Below, piece by piece: positions 12,956 to 27,100 of a DNA stretch of 64,000 bases. The notes beneath the pieces are model-generated. The model was not told the origin of the DNA. It did no database searches and worked only from the letters and a program-made list of their open reading frames with translations. The stretch spans positions 25,110,001 to 25,174,000 of the forward strand of contig OZ076416.1 of assembly GCA_964187785.1 (NCBI GenBank), read 5' to 3'. Position 1 is the stretch's first letter. The number at the start of each line of letters is the position of its first letter. A program made the translations under genes and the position numbers. The DNA comes from Amphiscolops sp. MND2022. Taxonomy: Eukaryota.

Positions 12956-14240
12956 TAGCGTTGGACAAAAATAATGAGAATAATTATATTTTTTTGAAAA
13001 GAACATATCATCTGTTAGCGAAATCAAATCAAAATTTCCTTTGGTAAAATTTTTCAAGGTATTATGGTTTAACTTGAGGCATGTTCAAATTTTGTTTACC
13101 CGCGCTAAATTCAGTATAAACTTCCGTTTTGTTGAGTTCATTGTAAAAATGAAAAACGTTAACTGTGTACTTGAATTTCTCTATCGAAATGGTTCAAAAA
13201 ATCCGCGAGAATTATGTGAAAGAACAGGCGTTTCATTAGCTACCGTATATCGAAAAATTGGAAAAATTCGCAACGGAGAAAACTTGGAAATAAGAAAAAG
13301 AAGAGGTCGCCCTCAGAAATTTTCTGCATCCCAAAAAAGGCAATTACGCAAATTGCTTTGAGAAATCTTCTGTTTTCAGCCGCAGACGTTAAAAATTGCT
13401 TCGAAAAATCTCACAAACATTCAGTGTCCTCCCGGACATACCATCAGACACTCTTGAGATCCGGAATATCGAAAAAAATGCCAAGAAAGTTCCGAATATT
13501 TCTCAACAGCAAGAGATCAAACGACTGGACTTCTGCAAGCAATTCAATGTTTCTTCGATAATGTTTTCTTAACAGACGAGTCTACCTTCCAGTTGCATCG
13601 AAATACCATCAAAGTTTGGTCATCAAAGAGCAGCTCGTATCCTAAGAAAATGGTCCCGAAATTCTCCCAAAAAATTATGGTCTGGGGTGATCTGTCGAAA
13701 AAAGGATTTTTCTTGCATATCTACCAAAATAATGCGAATATTAACTCTGTATTGTACCAGGACACCCTTGCCTACTTCATACCTTATGCCAACAAGCTTT
13801 ATCCAGACGGTTGGATTCTTGAACAGGACGGCGCGACCCCACATACAGCAGCCAGCACTCGAGATTACCTGTCAGGGCATGGCATTCAACTTTTGCAGTC
13901 ACCACCGAATTCACCCGATCTTTGGACTATTGAGAATATGCGGCAGATATTCAAGCATGAGATTGAGAAGAAAAATCCGAAAAATCTTGACGAACTTAGA
14001 CAATATGCTTGAGATTGTCGCACAATTCTGGATTTAAAGACGAGGAAGAAATTGATAGATGCAACTTACGAAAGATTTTTGAAATGTGTCAAAAATGAAG
14101 GAAAACTAGTAAAATATTGACTATGTTTTTATGATACCAATTGTTTCTTCTTAAAGTTCACATAATATATATTTCTTTAATATATTCGGTTTTCGAATAA
14201 AATGTGTTTATTCTATTCTCATTATTTTTGTCCAACGCTA
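12956..14240 (+). mobile_element. Tc1/mariner DNA transposon (DD34E), decayed
   Basis: Perfect 27-bp TIR TAGCGTTGGACAAAAATAATGAGAATA (12956-12982 and 14214-14240) flanked by TA on both sides. Confidence 0.93.
13149..14120 (+). pseudogene. Tc1-family transposase, frameshifted
   Basis: HTH and GRP N-terminus, TDESTF, QDGATPH and SPDLWTIE with 34 residues between the second D and E; split over three frames. Confidence 0.9.
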
Positions 14241-14534
14241 TACTTCATGGATGCATAAATAACATCATAGCATGTTACAAAGTGATGGATGCAATCCAGC
14301 AATTGTTGACCCCACTCAGGTCAATTCTACGACTGAGTCATTCTTGGATTACCAATTTCAAAACAATCTCTGTAGTTTGGGATCCTCGAGACATTCATGA
14401 CAGTCTTTTTTCAGTCTTTTTTCTTTAAAAAAGCGACGATAGTCATGACTTTCCCGCAGCTTTTTTCGATACGCCTGAATTAGCCAAAATAGTTGTACCA
14501 AAATACTTCCATTTTTACAAAATTAGTCAATCAC

Positions 14535-15230
14535 TAAGCCTAGTGGTTAACGCAAATTTTCCGCGGTTTAAGATGCTAGGGGTACGTGAGTTCGAGTCTC
14601 GCACTGAACCAAATTTATTTTATGTTTGCAAAAGCAGGCAGGTCCAAAGGGTTTCCCATTGGATTTTTTGCCGCACTATGCGATATTTTCTCAGATTGTG
14701 TTTCAAACCTAAACTACCAACCATGATATTTGGCCGAAACAACAGCGTTTCGCGAGCATAGATTGCGCCTTTTAGTTTTCTTCCGCAAAATGCAACTTAC
14801 AGAAATGAAAAACATTAGAAAAAATCTTTTTTACCTCAATTTTTGGTTTTTGAGATTATTTGTAAAAGAAACATGTTTCCCGAGACTTGAGCGTGACCTC
14901 GTTGTTACCTTTTGATCCAGTGGAAATGATGCGCTTTCTTTTTGATTGTGAAAAAAACCTTTTCTTTTTTTGGCTCTGGACGTCTCGTTTGGCGAGCTGA
15001 AAATATTTCGGCACTATGAGATTTTTCCGAAATCAAATTGACAAAAAGTTAATTTCAGAACTGGTCTTTTGTGTTTCCAGTTGGGATAAAGTGGGTTTAC
15101 GAGTCCTATGTATATCCCTTGGTGTATTTTTTGGCGAAATTGGGTAACAATTTTGAAAAGAGTGACCTTGCATTTGTGGGAACTTTGCACGGGGCACCGA
15201 AATGGGCCGGTGCCGGCTTGCTGCTAGCAA
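14535..15230 (+). mobile_element. SINE-like repeat with tRNA-like (Pol III) head
   Basis: A-box-like TAGTGGTTAA (14541) and B-box GTTCGAGTC (about 14590); ACGTG(A/G)GTTCGAGTCTCGC and the GGGCCG..CCGGCTTG tail are shared with 31490-31860. Confidence 0.5.
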
Positions 15231-15298
15231 CGTTGAATCAGATGTTCAGTTGATCAAAGTTAACCGTTCTCTACAGTTGACAGTAAGGCACTTCCTAC

Positions 15299-16507
15299 TG
15301 TCATACCGGTTGGTATGAATTATAACGACTGAAGAATGAAGTCTTCACCAACCGACTGAAACATTTAAAACACAAACATTTTAAACATATGTAGATGCAT
15401 ACAATGGACGACTGTACTATGCAGTCGTCACCCCAATTTCACCAATGTCACAAATTACCAGTGTGCTTCGACACTTTTTACAAGAACATATTTTCCTTTT
15501 TCTGTTTAGCAATAACGACTAAAACAGATAGTCGAATTCAGCAACCTTTATGTGCAATATATGAAACTTTCACACAAACGACTGGCATATCCGGTTGTAC
15601 CTTTACTTAAACATACATGCAGTTTTTTATATTTAAATCATCAATAGCCCAATTACTAGAACATCGTTTAGTTCACCAATAGTCATTTTGCATCGTTTAG
15701 TTCATAAATACTCAATCAGTCAAAACTGTGCGAAATTACCAGCAACGACTTCGATCAATAGTCGTCCCTTTGTATTTAATGCTAATTAGAGCAATATTAC
15801 CGACGAACAAATGCAGTAATTATATCCAGCACTTCAATCATTAGTACGCGCTGTGAAGTTACAAGGTAAATGATGCATACTGGTGCGATAATAGAGTGAA
15901 AGTACCGAAGTGGTAATTAACAACGACTGAAGTGACCAGTCGTACGAGATGTACCATGAAGTGCTAACAGCAGGTTAACTAAGTGACCAGTTGAGAAGAG
16001 ACTCAAATAATCAAGTGTGATTAACGAGTAATTACGAGTTTGAAAGTGCTACGATAAGTTAAAAATCCAGAGATTAGAACTTTGCTACTGTAGAATCCAG
16101 TCGTTACTTTAACAAGCGCTTTACAATATTCTTATTCCCAAACTTACACTTCATAATTTAAACTGCTTCAAACTATAACTTTTCAATCATGGTAAATACT
16201 CGGTCGAGATTTAACAGAGAAAGTAGAATCGAACAATCTGGAACTAACAGTTATTCCGATAACGAAGACAACATGAGTGTTGCTGACCATTTCGGTGAAA
16301 ATATCCTGGAAAATGAGACTGAAAATGACATGAGAGAGATAGAGAGGGACCACGAAAATCATAGATTTGAACAACGTTTCTTGGAAATGAATCGCCAAAT
16401 CGGAGAACTTACCAGCATTGTGAAAGCCCTTACTGATAGATTATCGAATAGTAGGGAAGAGAACAACAGAGACGTACTTAACTCAGAGACGTCCGCCCGT
16501 TCTGACA
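15299..16507 (+). repeat. 5' LTR of element B (1209 bp)
   Basis: Direct repeat of 29478-30687 with roughly nine differences seen by eye. Confidence 0.97.
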
Positions 16508-17742
16508 TGGGAACAGGAGTCCTGGCGAAGCCACCGCCTACACCCAACACGCAACCACCAAGAAGGACTCCACATTCATTACTTGATCCACAAATGCGAG
16601 AAGTCATGACTGAAATACAGCACCTCAGAACAACAATGACCGATGGAGTGATCCAGCCCAAAATACTCCAAACACAAGTCCCTCTATTCCGTGGCAACCG
16701 AGAGAAGTACAATGAGTTCGAACACTTGCTCAAAAATCATCTCCGGCCACATATGCACAAACTGACGGAAGAGCAGAAATTGAATTACTTCCAAAGCCTC
16801 CTCAGAGATGACGCCATCGACTTCTGGCAAACCCTGAAGATAATGACCGAAACAACACTCACCGAAATCCTCCAGGCATTCAGCAAGGAATACGCCAAAG
16901 AAGACCTCAAAGAAGTATCGAAGTACAAATTCGATCAAATGAGGTACGACCCAACAACGGAGTCATTTGCCGATTTTCTAACGAAATTCAAAAAATTAGC
17001 AAAACAGGGGTATGGTGACAAAGCCAATGACATAGCTGAAACATTCCTGTTTGCCAAATTACCCATACAAATCCAGAATGAGTTGGCAATGGCAGGAAAG
17101 CACGACGCGACCAGCGAGGGAATTAAGACTTTCGTGCAAAGACGATGCCAATATGCACAATTGCTACCCACCCCTGCAGGGATGCAACCTCTGAACAACA
17201 TCCAGAACTACCCCCCGAAGCAACCAACCAACCAACAAACAACTGCCACCAGCAATCCGGGGAAACCAACAGCCAATAAAGAAGTCAAACGAAAATTCGA
17301 AGGCAACTGTAGATACTGCAACATTGTTGGACACAAGTGGATTGACTGCCGAAAACGCCTCCGAGACGAAGCAAACGGAATCCACACAAAAACTTATCAA
17401 CGCACCCAACAGGACAATAACAACCAGCAGCCTCAGACTGACAAACCCCGATACAACTCGAAGCTAGTGTGCCAAATCTGCGGCAAAGTTGGACACTCTG
17501 CACGAGACTGCAGAAACCGAGTCCCAGGTGCATCAGCATACCAGAATGTACCTTATCAAAAACAGTCCACAACGGAGAACCGTGAGTTCCGACGAGATTT
17601 CCGACAATCCCAAAACCCACGACAACAACCACAATACCAGGTATCACAAGCAACAAGTGAGACCAACCAGACCGAAGTACATAATGACTGTTACGACGAG
17701 GATTACAACGAAGAATTCAACCAGAATTCAAAAAACTTGTAA
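16189..17742 (+). CDS. gag: gag of element B (517 aa, two CCHC knuckles); first 106 codons lie inside the LTR
   Basis: Intact ORF with CRYCNIVGHKWIDC and CQICGKVGHSARDC; capsid-like region aligns with gag of element A. Confidence 0.92.
   Translation: MVNTRSRFNRESRIEQSGTNSYSDNEDNMSVADHFGENILENETENDMREIERDHENHRFEQRFLEMNRQIGELTSIVKALTDRLSNSREENNRDVLNSETSARSDMGTGVLAKPPPTPNTQPPRRTPHSLLDPQMREVMTEIQHLRTTMTDGVIQPKILQTQVPLFRGNREKYNEFEHLLKNHLRPHMHKLTEEQKLNYFQSLLRDDAIDFWQTLKIMTETTLTEILQAFSKEYAKEDLKEVSKYKFDQMRYDPTTESFADFLTKFKKLAKQGYGDKANDIAETFLFAKLPIQIQNELAMAGKHDATSEGIKTFVQRRCQYAQLLPTPAGMQPLNNIQNYPPKQPTNQQTTATSNPGKPTANKEVKRKFEGNCRYCNIVGHKWIDCRKRLRDEANGIHTKTYQRTQQDNNNQQPQTDKPRYNSKLVCQICGKVGHSARDCRNRVPGASAYQNVPYQKQSTTENREFRRDFRQSQNPRQQPQYQVSQATSETNQTEVHNDCYDEDYNEEFNQNSKNL
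16508..16520 (+). promoter_or_regulatory. Primer binding site of element B (TGGGAACAGGAGT), variant of the element A PBS
   Basis: TGG directly after the LTR end TGACA; shares ACAGGAG with the element A PBS. Confidence 0.65.
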
Positions 17743-20700
17743 AGCCACGTCATCCTCAACACAACCAGACTACCAGTGCGCGCAAACAACCACAAACTAA
17801 CCACTACCATGACTCGAAGACTCAGACGTCGGAATGTCGGCAGCATTCTGGCAAGCGGTCTCAACACTCCAAAAAATACTACGTACACAAGGTATCACCC
17901 AACAACTACCACATACTCCCACTAGTTGGAGATGACCCTACGTGTACAACAAAGGACTGTACTGCAAAGGACTCACCACCCAACACACGGACTACTCAGA
18001 CGGAAACAAGGGACAAAAACAACCCACCACAAACGAAGTCGTCAAATAACACTAAAACAACGGCTATCAAACCCCTCAGTGCAACATTACAGCTAGACAA
18101 GAGAAACAAAATGCTCTACGTCCCCCTCCATTTCAGAGCATACGAAAACCAAGGGCTATTGGACACAGGTGCTATCCAAGGTGCAATGTCCGAAAATGAA
18201 CTACGCCGGATATTACAAGCCCACCCAGCAGCCCAACTTGAAGAATACCCAGCCCCGGAATTCAAAGTCCAAGTTGCCAATGGAAGCATAGTCGCAGTCC
18301 GGAAACAAGTGGTCCTTCGATTCTTTATCGGAGGAAAAGTGTTCGAGGAAATATTTATGATTTTGCCGACAATGGGAAACATTTTGATCGGAATGTCATT
18401 TTTCAAAAAATATTCAGTAACATTAGACCTCGCAAACAACCTTGTCAGATTCCCAGAAATCACCCTTCAGTTGAGACCACAAAATGAAAAGTTCAAATTG
18501 CAAATGTTGGAACTCAGAGCATCACAGAAGACAACCATACCACCGCAACAACAAGTCTTCATCCCAGTGGTAGCAGAAAAGGACATCGGCCATGTAACAG
18601 GCACGGTGGAAGCGTTCCCGGCATTCGAGCGAAAGACGGAATTGCTGGTATCCCCATCGATGTCCGAAATAAACGACCAGCAGAGCCATGTCCAAATCAC
18701 CAATTACTTGGACCACACAATAACAATACCCCAACACACAACAGTTGCAGTTTTTCGCATTTTAACCCCAAACCAAGCGAAGAACGTCCAACCAATGACA
18801 AACGAGCAACTGACCCTCATTTCGAAGTTTCCAGATGAGGCCAACAACGTGATCAACCAGTTGTTCCAGAAACCTGATGCAAACAAGAACAAACGATGGT
18901 ACCCAACACCCGATACATGTGACGACCCTGATAAACTGAATAAGATTGAACGCCGAATTTACGATGAAATCATCCAACTCCGAGAAGCTGAGAAACTCGA
19001 CCCCACACGTGACGACGACCAACGACGGGCGTTCCTGAAGAATTTCAGCTGGGACGACTCAATCCTCATCGAACAGGAGCAACAAAGGATTGAAGCACTG
19101 TTGGTCAAATACCACACGACTTTTGCACGTCACCGCCTTGACATAGGCATCAACACAGACTTCAAAATCAAATTGACACCCAAGCATGATGATCCGGTGT
19201 ACGCACAGAGCCTACCGACCCCGACTAACCTGAAGGACGACCTCCTTGTCGAACTGGCTCTGATGCAAGAATACGGCATCATCACCACACTTCCATATAG
19301 CAAATACTCGTCCCCGATATTTGCCCAGCGGAAGCCCAATGGAAAATTGCGAATCCTAGTCGACTTGAGACGCATCAACCACCTCCTCAAGAACGACTAC
19401 AACCAACACAATCACCCGGTCACGACGATAGCAGACGCCGCTCAACACATGGCTGGCAAGAAGTACTTTTGTAAGCTCGACTGTTCGCAAGCTTACAACT
19501 GTCTCCAGATGGCCGACGAACAGTCAATCCAGCTTCTTGCATTTAATTTTGGCAGCAGGACCTTTACATACCTTCGTCTTGCTCAAGGATTGAACAGATC
19601 ACTGTCAGCATTCAACAGCACAATCCGAGAGTATCTTGATGCACTAGTGAAAGCAGACAAATGTGCACAATACGTTGACGACATTGGAGTCGCTGCACAC
19701 AACGTGGACGAACTGGCTGCCAACATCGAAGCAGTGTTTCAGCAGATACAGAAGGCAGGACTGAAACTCTCGATGTCAAAGTGCGCCTTTGGACACCCGA
19801 AAATCGAATTCTTGGGACGAAGCATAACAACCAAAGGCATCGCACCCCTTGGAGACCGGATTGACGACTTCCTCAAAAAACTCAAATTGCCAACATCAGC
19901 CAAATCACTCCAACGCTACATTGGATTTGTACAATTCTACAGGCAATACATCCCGAAATTGGTCGAGAAGCTCGTCCCACTGTACAAGCTACTGCAAAAA
20001 GATGTCAAGTTCGCAATGATGCAGGTACACAAGGACGCAATCTTCGACATCAACGAAAATCTAGCACGAGCTGCGAAACTGTCACTTCGACTACCACTAC
20101 CCGACAAGCAACTCGTCATAATGTGTGACGCCAGCGAACATGCAGCAGGGTACGTGTTGCTTATCGAGGACTAAACTGAAAGCAATGACGACAAGAAGAA
20201 GACGTACGCACCTGTTGCTTTCGGGTCCCAACGATTCACTGAAGGCCAAATGTCACTGACTATGTATGCGAAGGAGTTCCTAGCCATGCATTTCGCTTTC
20301 GATGAGTTCGCCCACATTTTATGGGGAGTCAAGAAGCCCACCATCGTGATGACAGACAACAAAGCGCTAACCCGCTTCTTCCAATCAAAGCGAATCCCAC
20401 CGAAATTGTGGAATCATTGCGACCAAGCACTGCAATTTGACTTCGTACTAGCCCACGTGCCAGGTGTGGAAAACCCAGCTGCTGACTACCTGTCCAGGCT
20501 AGACATTAACCCTGAGGATAGGATCCACCTGAAATTGAACGACCAGATCCCCGTCCATTACATCGAGATTGACTTAGCAGCAAAAACCCCGAAGCAGGAC
20601 GACGATGAAGAAGACTACGACCCCGATCAACCACAGCACAATACACCAGCTGACACCCCGGAGCAGGACAAACCTGAGACAACCAACACCCATGATACCC

Positions 20701-22676
20701 TCAGCCAAATGCAATCACTACTGCATTCACTCGCGAACAGCCAGGACCAACCCGACGACGACCGTACCAGAATGATCCAGATCATCAGTCATCACCTCGA
20801 ACCGGTGTTGACAGACGGAACCCCCTCAATCATGCTGACGAAGTTTACCCGAAAACAGCACACCAACACGGTAAACCAGGTATGCCCGCAAGGGGATTCA
20901 CAAATAATCCAAGCACAACTAAGTAACCAAGACGCTCAAAAAATGATAAGAGTCTTAGTTAACGACGAACCCCTCCCTAACCACGTAAACTTTGCCAGTA
21001 CATTCTTCCAAAAACTAGTAAAAAACCGAAAACGTCTTGAAGTAGTCAACAAGGCCTTGTACAGGAAGTTTTTTGATAACACTGGTAGAGTTCTATTTAA
21101 ACAAATTGTAGTACCTCCAGAAACTACGTTGCCCATAATCAGGACGATGCATGGCGACCCCATGCAGGGACACCCTGGGGCAACCAAAATGTTGGTAGAA
21201 CTCCGCAAGCGTTATTACATACCTAAGCTTAGTGAACACGTTTCAAAATTTGTTAGTAACTGCACAGACTGTCTAAAAGCTAAACCTGTTAACCCAAAAC
21301 GCCGAATCCCACCGCTTGAAAAAATCTATGACCCTTGCAACGGTCCTGAAGACATACTTGAAATCGATCTAGTAGGCGAACTGCCCTGCTCAAATGGATA
21401 TACGCACATCCTGACGGCGTGCGATTACTTCTCGCGCTATCTGTTCGCGATCCCGATCCGCAAACCAGACACAAAATCAGTAGTCAATGCACTGTTGCAA
21501 ACCTTTACCCGTCACGCCTACGTACCCAAAACCATCATCACTGACAAAGGCACGGCGTTCACATCCAGCATCATGACTGAATTAATGAAAACTGCCGGAA
21601 TTCAAATCGAACACGCAACTGTAAAACATGCACAGACCATAGGAATGGTTGAACGTTCCCACCAAAAGCTAAAACAGATATTGAAAATCAATGTTGCAGC
21701 TGACTCTCCGCAATGGGACAAGTACGTTAACTTGGCAGTTATGGCTCATAACACGACCTACCACCAATCGCTTAAGTGTACTCCGAGCGAAGTTTTTCAT
21801 GGTAGAGTCCCGTTCAACGCCTTAGACCTTAAATTCAGCAACCCCCTGCAAAACCGCACACAAGACACTGATTTGACGAAATTGGTTGACCAAGTGAAGT
21901 ACAAACAAGTAAACGACAACATACTCCAAGCTTACCACAAGTACAAAAGGTACTACGACCGTAAAGCCCAGGCATCACCTTTAAAGGTTAATGACTTTGT
22001 TTTCATTCTCAACCCGAAAATCACTGACCAGTCCGACAAAATTGCATTCAACCATTTTAAATGGGAAGGCCCTTTCAAAGTAGTAAAAGTCTTAACTAAC
22101 TTCAACTACATCGTGAGAAAAATCGGCACTTCCCGGACACAGTGCGTTCATAGGATGCGTTTACGACCTTTCATCCCGAACGCACCCATACACGACATCG
22201 AAGAAGATCCAAATCTCTTCTTTGCCGACCCAGAAGCGTTCGACGACCAGGATCTATTTAACGACCATGTACCTCAGACGATCCATTTTGAGCGAACGCC
22301 CGCACTGCCGCCTCCTGAAGAACTCGACACTGAACATGGTATCATATACTACGACCAAGCTCACAGGTCACCGGACCGACAAATGGCACAACCTATACCT
22401 GAAAACTCTCCTCAAATATTTGTGCCACCGACTGACGACCCTGTCGTCAGTACTCACCTAGACGACGAAAATCGGGCCGAACCCGATCAACCTGCAACCC
22501 ACCAGAACGAGCTGCCACACAACAACGACGAAGCACCGGTAACCTCGCGCAATAACACTACCCGTTACAACCTACGTGCGCAACCTACACCGAAGACTTA
22601 TCGAGACTTCCTCGTTCACGAACTCCAAGCAAAACCTCTATTACGAAAATTGGTGCAAAACAACCACTCCAACTGA
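17727..22676 (+). CDS. pol: pol of element B (PR, RT, RNase H, integrase) with a single in-frame TAA at 20172-20174
   Basis: LLDTGA, YVDD, DAS/KEFLA/TDNK, HHCC, DLVG/TDKG/VERSH, GPF and RYNLR. ORFs 18111-20174 and 20250-22676 are in the same frame with an open gap. Confidence 0.95.
17730..17736 (+). promoter_or_regulatory. -1 frameshift slippery heptamer A AAA AAC (element B)
   Basis: TCA AAA AAC TTG TAA; the -1 frame is stop-free from 17727 to the pol ATG at 18111 (translated by hand). Confidence 0.8.
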
Positions 22677-24158
22677 AAGCCATAAGAACACTTCACGCAA
22701 ACATGCTACACTACACAACAAACTATAATTTTTTTTAGCACACCAAACATGAAATTCCATTACTTTCGTTAGCTTAATCAAAATTGAAGACATCACTAAC
22801 GACTGCTAATAGCAGTCATGGCAGTCATGAGTCTAGATCGTGCAGGCAATTGTTTTACAATTGCGACACGCAAGAACACTAGTCACCCAACAGCAATTAA
22901 AACGACCATTCATTTCAGGCTACACTACTTGAACAGCGCAAACGCTGAGCACTAACTGCCATTGATAATGAACGGACGGAAACGCAACGACCACAGACAC
23001 CAGTCGTCACGGAAAACGCGATGCGGAAATACATGTTCCATATAAATTAACACGAGATAATTTACTCAATTCATGCCAAAATCACTATAGCCACAGTCGG
23101 AGTAAAATACTCCAAATACGAGACGATCCCAGTGAAACTAACGAAACGTGAACGCAAATAACGTTCCCAAAACGACCAACGAACTAACAGGAACGATCTG
23201 CTGCCTCGCTAACGTTAGGACCACGCAATGATGCCCCACTCAATTAACCTTGAAATCATAGTGCTGGCTGTGTGGGTGCGTCGTTAAAAACGTGCTTGTG
23301 TGGTTGGTCGTCACCATACAGATGAAGGTTGCTCTTTAGCAACTGGATTCAGTGTTAGTTTTGAATGGGTGGTTGCGACGGCAATTCACCTTACAATAAA
23401 CCGAACAATAAACTGAGAAAAAAATGACCATAAAGGTAAATATACGTATTCACCAAAACGACGAAAATGAACGCTCGACCCTTTAAATTAGACCAACAAT
23501 GCGTAGGCCTCGCCTCGCCACAGTAAAAAAATTTTTAGGAGTTCGCGGTCCTACTTACAAACTAGCTGCCCAATACCAACACGCCTAAGACCTTAGTCCA
23601 CCTTCCGTTCACCATAGCAACTACCATAAGGTAACAAGTCAAAAGTTCAAGAAAAATAACGACACACATCAACGATGATGACGTCGACTTAGATAAATAA
23701 CCTCATGCAATACACATGAAACAACATCCTACATGCAAACCTCTAAGCTGCGACAAAAAAAATCAAGGTCAAAATTGTATTTCTTTTTCTAGACACACTT
23801 GAATGCTACGGTGTCAACGAGATAAACGAGAGAGACACACGCAAGACGTATCAAGCCATGTAACTAAAATCTATGCAACAATTGTCACAAATCAAGAGTA
23901 ATAACTAAAATACATGCAAGCCAGTAAAATGCAAAATCAAATGTACCCGTTCCGGGACTAACAATGACAGCCAAATCAGCAATCAACATGAAAAAATTAC
24001 AAATCAGCAGCGAAAAAAGAAAAATGATACAGCGCTCAAGACAAAATCAAAAAGCCATGTAATACAATATGACATCACTACAAGTTTAAAAACAAGCACT
24101 AAAGAGGTCAAAAATGTAGACTCAGCGAGTTCGTTAAACAAATAATCTTCTCAACACA

Positions 24159-27100
24159 CTAGTACTCCTCCGAGGACTCACTCATCAGGACTCTTGACAA
24201 TTTCTGCTTTACGACCTTCTTAGACGCCTTGGTAGACTTAGATTTGGCACGCGCTGTTGCTTTCTTGCCTTTACTGCCACGTGAGGTAGAAGGCAAACCG
24301 ACATCCTTTTGCGATTTTGGAGCTTTACCCCGAACGACATGTCGACTCAACGGCTCATCATCGTCGACGGAAAACGGAACAACAGAACCACGAGATGTAA
24401 GTTTCCGGGAACGGCTTTTCAACTGAACCTTAGCACCGTCGACACCGCTCTTTAACTGTGCACACACTGCTGACCGGTAGTCGTCCACGGAGATCACTGC
24501 TGACTCTACAGTTCCCTCATTGAATACCTGATAGCACCGGGACAACACGTCTTCGACTCCAACTTTCAGCAGCTGATCCCAGGGTCTTCCTCTTTCTGGG
24601 TCTGTTAATCGCGAAACCTGCATGTCCGTTGTCTCACAGTGACGAAGGAATTAATTCACTCGCGCCGCCAACCACGCCAGCACTTGTCCAGCTTCGCACC
24701 AAGTTCATACTGGACAGCAACTGTCCTTGGGAGAGAGCAGTGACACCGACATCTAAGAAATCAGCAACATACTGGCTGCGTGCGGAACAGCAGACGACAA
24801 TTTTAAAAACAGTCAGCAAATCAGCACAGCGTGACCAGAAAGGGTACGAGCACCACAAGTTTATCACATCATCCACCACACGTCCGGAAGACGACTGACA
24901 GCGCCAGCGATGAATGAAATAGTTGTACACAACATCGTACTGCTGAACGACCTTTGCACCTTGGGCGTCAGTAAGGAAACACAGACGGGTCAACAGCAAG
25001 CAACAATCCATCAGCGAATCCACGACTCGATCCTTAGAACGTCGAAACATGGCCTCAGGAGCAAAAGCAGACAGATTCCGTCTCCCTGCGTTGTCTGACT
25101 GATAATCGGCTACAAGGTCCTCACAAAGCTTAGCTAGAAACAACTGAAGCTCGCGATAGAACACACGCTGCTGGTCGAGAACGTCAAAACGGAAGTACTG
25201 CACGAACAAAGCCTTGTAACGCTCCTGTGAAACGGTACCAAGATCGACAGGCCTCGTACTTAGAAGGCGCTCGTGGTCGAAGGCAGCAGGAACCTTGTCA
25301 GCATCCTGGATCATGCACCTCAGGCGTCGTAGGAAAGCAACAAACTCTACTTCAAAGCACAGGTCACGGTCCCGACTGTAAGTACACCCTCGAGGAAAGG
25401 ACTCCACTACTAAAACAAACAAACCAAAACGACATCATTGCGGATTTACCCTAAATAGCCCCCAACCGTAACGAAAAAACTTACAAAAAAAATAAAAATG
25501 ATGATGACACAACCAATTTGCTTCACAAATTTTCCATTTCAATGAACATCGCCGCAAAAAAGATATATACCTGCGAGAGAAAGGATAACAAAAAACAGCA
25601 ACCTATTGATTTATACTCACCTTCATCTAGTAACCATCTCAACATGGCCATCTGTGGCCGAGCCAAACGGTCATTGAATATGACGACACTCAAACTAGGG
25701 ATCGATCTCAGCTCCACCATGGAACCACTGCATTCATTGCCGAAGTAAACAGCCAGATCGTCCCACCGTTCGACAAGCTCCCCACACACAGCAGCCAATT
25801 GTGGTAGAGTCAAGTCGTCACTGTGCACATACTGCAAACAGAATAGCGATACTTGCACCTTGATCCATGAGACGAAAAGCAGGAAACGACCGAATACCCT
25901 AGTCCTACTGCAACAATCATAGGTTTAGTTTACACACACGCTAGAAAAAGTTAACACACCTTAGATATTACACACCTACAACACTTATACCAAAAGAAAG
26001 TACCTGACGTAACAAAGGCATTCTGTCGAAGGCCGATCCATTGACCACGCTTGACAGACGATATTTGAGAAACTCCAAAACATTGTAGGGATCGAGACCT
26101 CCAATTCGTTGCCGAAATTGCTGTCGAATGCTGCGCTGCAACCACTGCACATCGTAAAAGCGCATCACAACAGACTTGCCAGCAGGTCCAAAATGAGCCA
26201 ATGACCGACCGACAGCGACGTGAGTGTCCACTACCACACTACAAAGGCTAGGCAACGGATCCAGACAAGACAATACCGTCACAGTTAGCCGAATCAGCTC
26301 CCCTTTCCAGCGATCGCAAACAGGCCATGTTACAAGGGTCACCGTCCGCAATTCCACGTCGTCCACAAAATGACAGTCGACCCGCCAGAAATTCCCATCG
26401 AAATACACACGTAGCCCCACTTGATTGCCCGCTTGCACGAGGCTGCCCATTTTCTCCATGATGTACGGGAATACCCCGTACAACAACAAGCTCTAAACAA
26501 CACATAACGACATAGACCACCCATCAACCAAACACACATCACACCATGTAACATACAAGTCCTAGCACATGTAACATATATGTAAAACTAGAGAAATACC
26601 CCCCCCCCCCAGAAAACATCATCACATGTAATACATGCACAAAAGGCTATGGTACCTGACAATTCGGAACGGTAAGGCTTCGAGCTACAAAGTTCATCTC
26701 TCCTAGCAAACTGCCAGTCCACCCATCCATGAGTCGCATCAGTGACTGAAATCCAATGACTGCCCCAAAACAGTTCAAAAAGAAGCACAACCACAGATAA
26801 GCAGCACTTCCATCGGGCAAAACCGAACGAGATCCCTCCTCTTCCACTTCACGTTCAAGAGCCACGCGCTCCTCTAGAGTCAAACTGATTGGCGACTCTA
26901 AATAGACTGGAGGCTCGACCATCCGATCAATTCGTATCCGATTGTCCTCCTCGGCAGAAACGGGCCGACACGATTTGTCCAACAACGGACGCTGCGTCAT
27001 GATGCGGAACTTTTGCTCCAGTCGGGTATGTTCCGCACCCTTCCAATGCCCCCACAGATTCTGAAGGCCACGACCCGCGATACTTAAGTCCACACGACAC

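Noticed and set aside
14535-14610. tRNA genes here and at 31490-31550 and 32880-32950
   Set aside because: A/B-box-like motifs only; no intact acceptor or anticodon stems; followed by repeat bodies, so treated as SINE heads.
6433-22461. Numerous 60-125 aa ORFs overlapping gag and pol in other frames or strands
   Set aside because: Shadow ORFs of the retroelement coding sequence with no independent support.
22677-24158. A second antisense gene between pol and the cargo gene
   Set aside because: Only short broken frames; no phase-consistent exon chain could be built.
25410-25620. Extra micro-exon from 25570 after a 50-bp intron (25620-25571)
   Set aside because: It carries an in-frame TGA and lacks a clearly phase-compatible strong donor; direct splicing 25620 to 25410 is already in frame.
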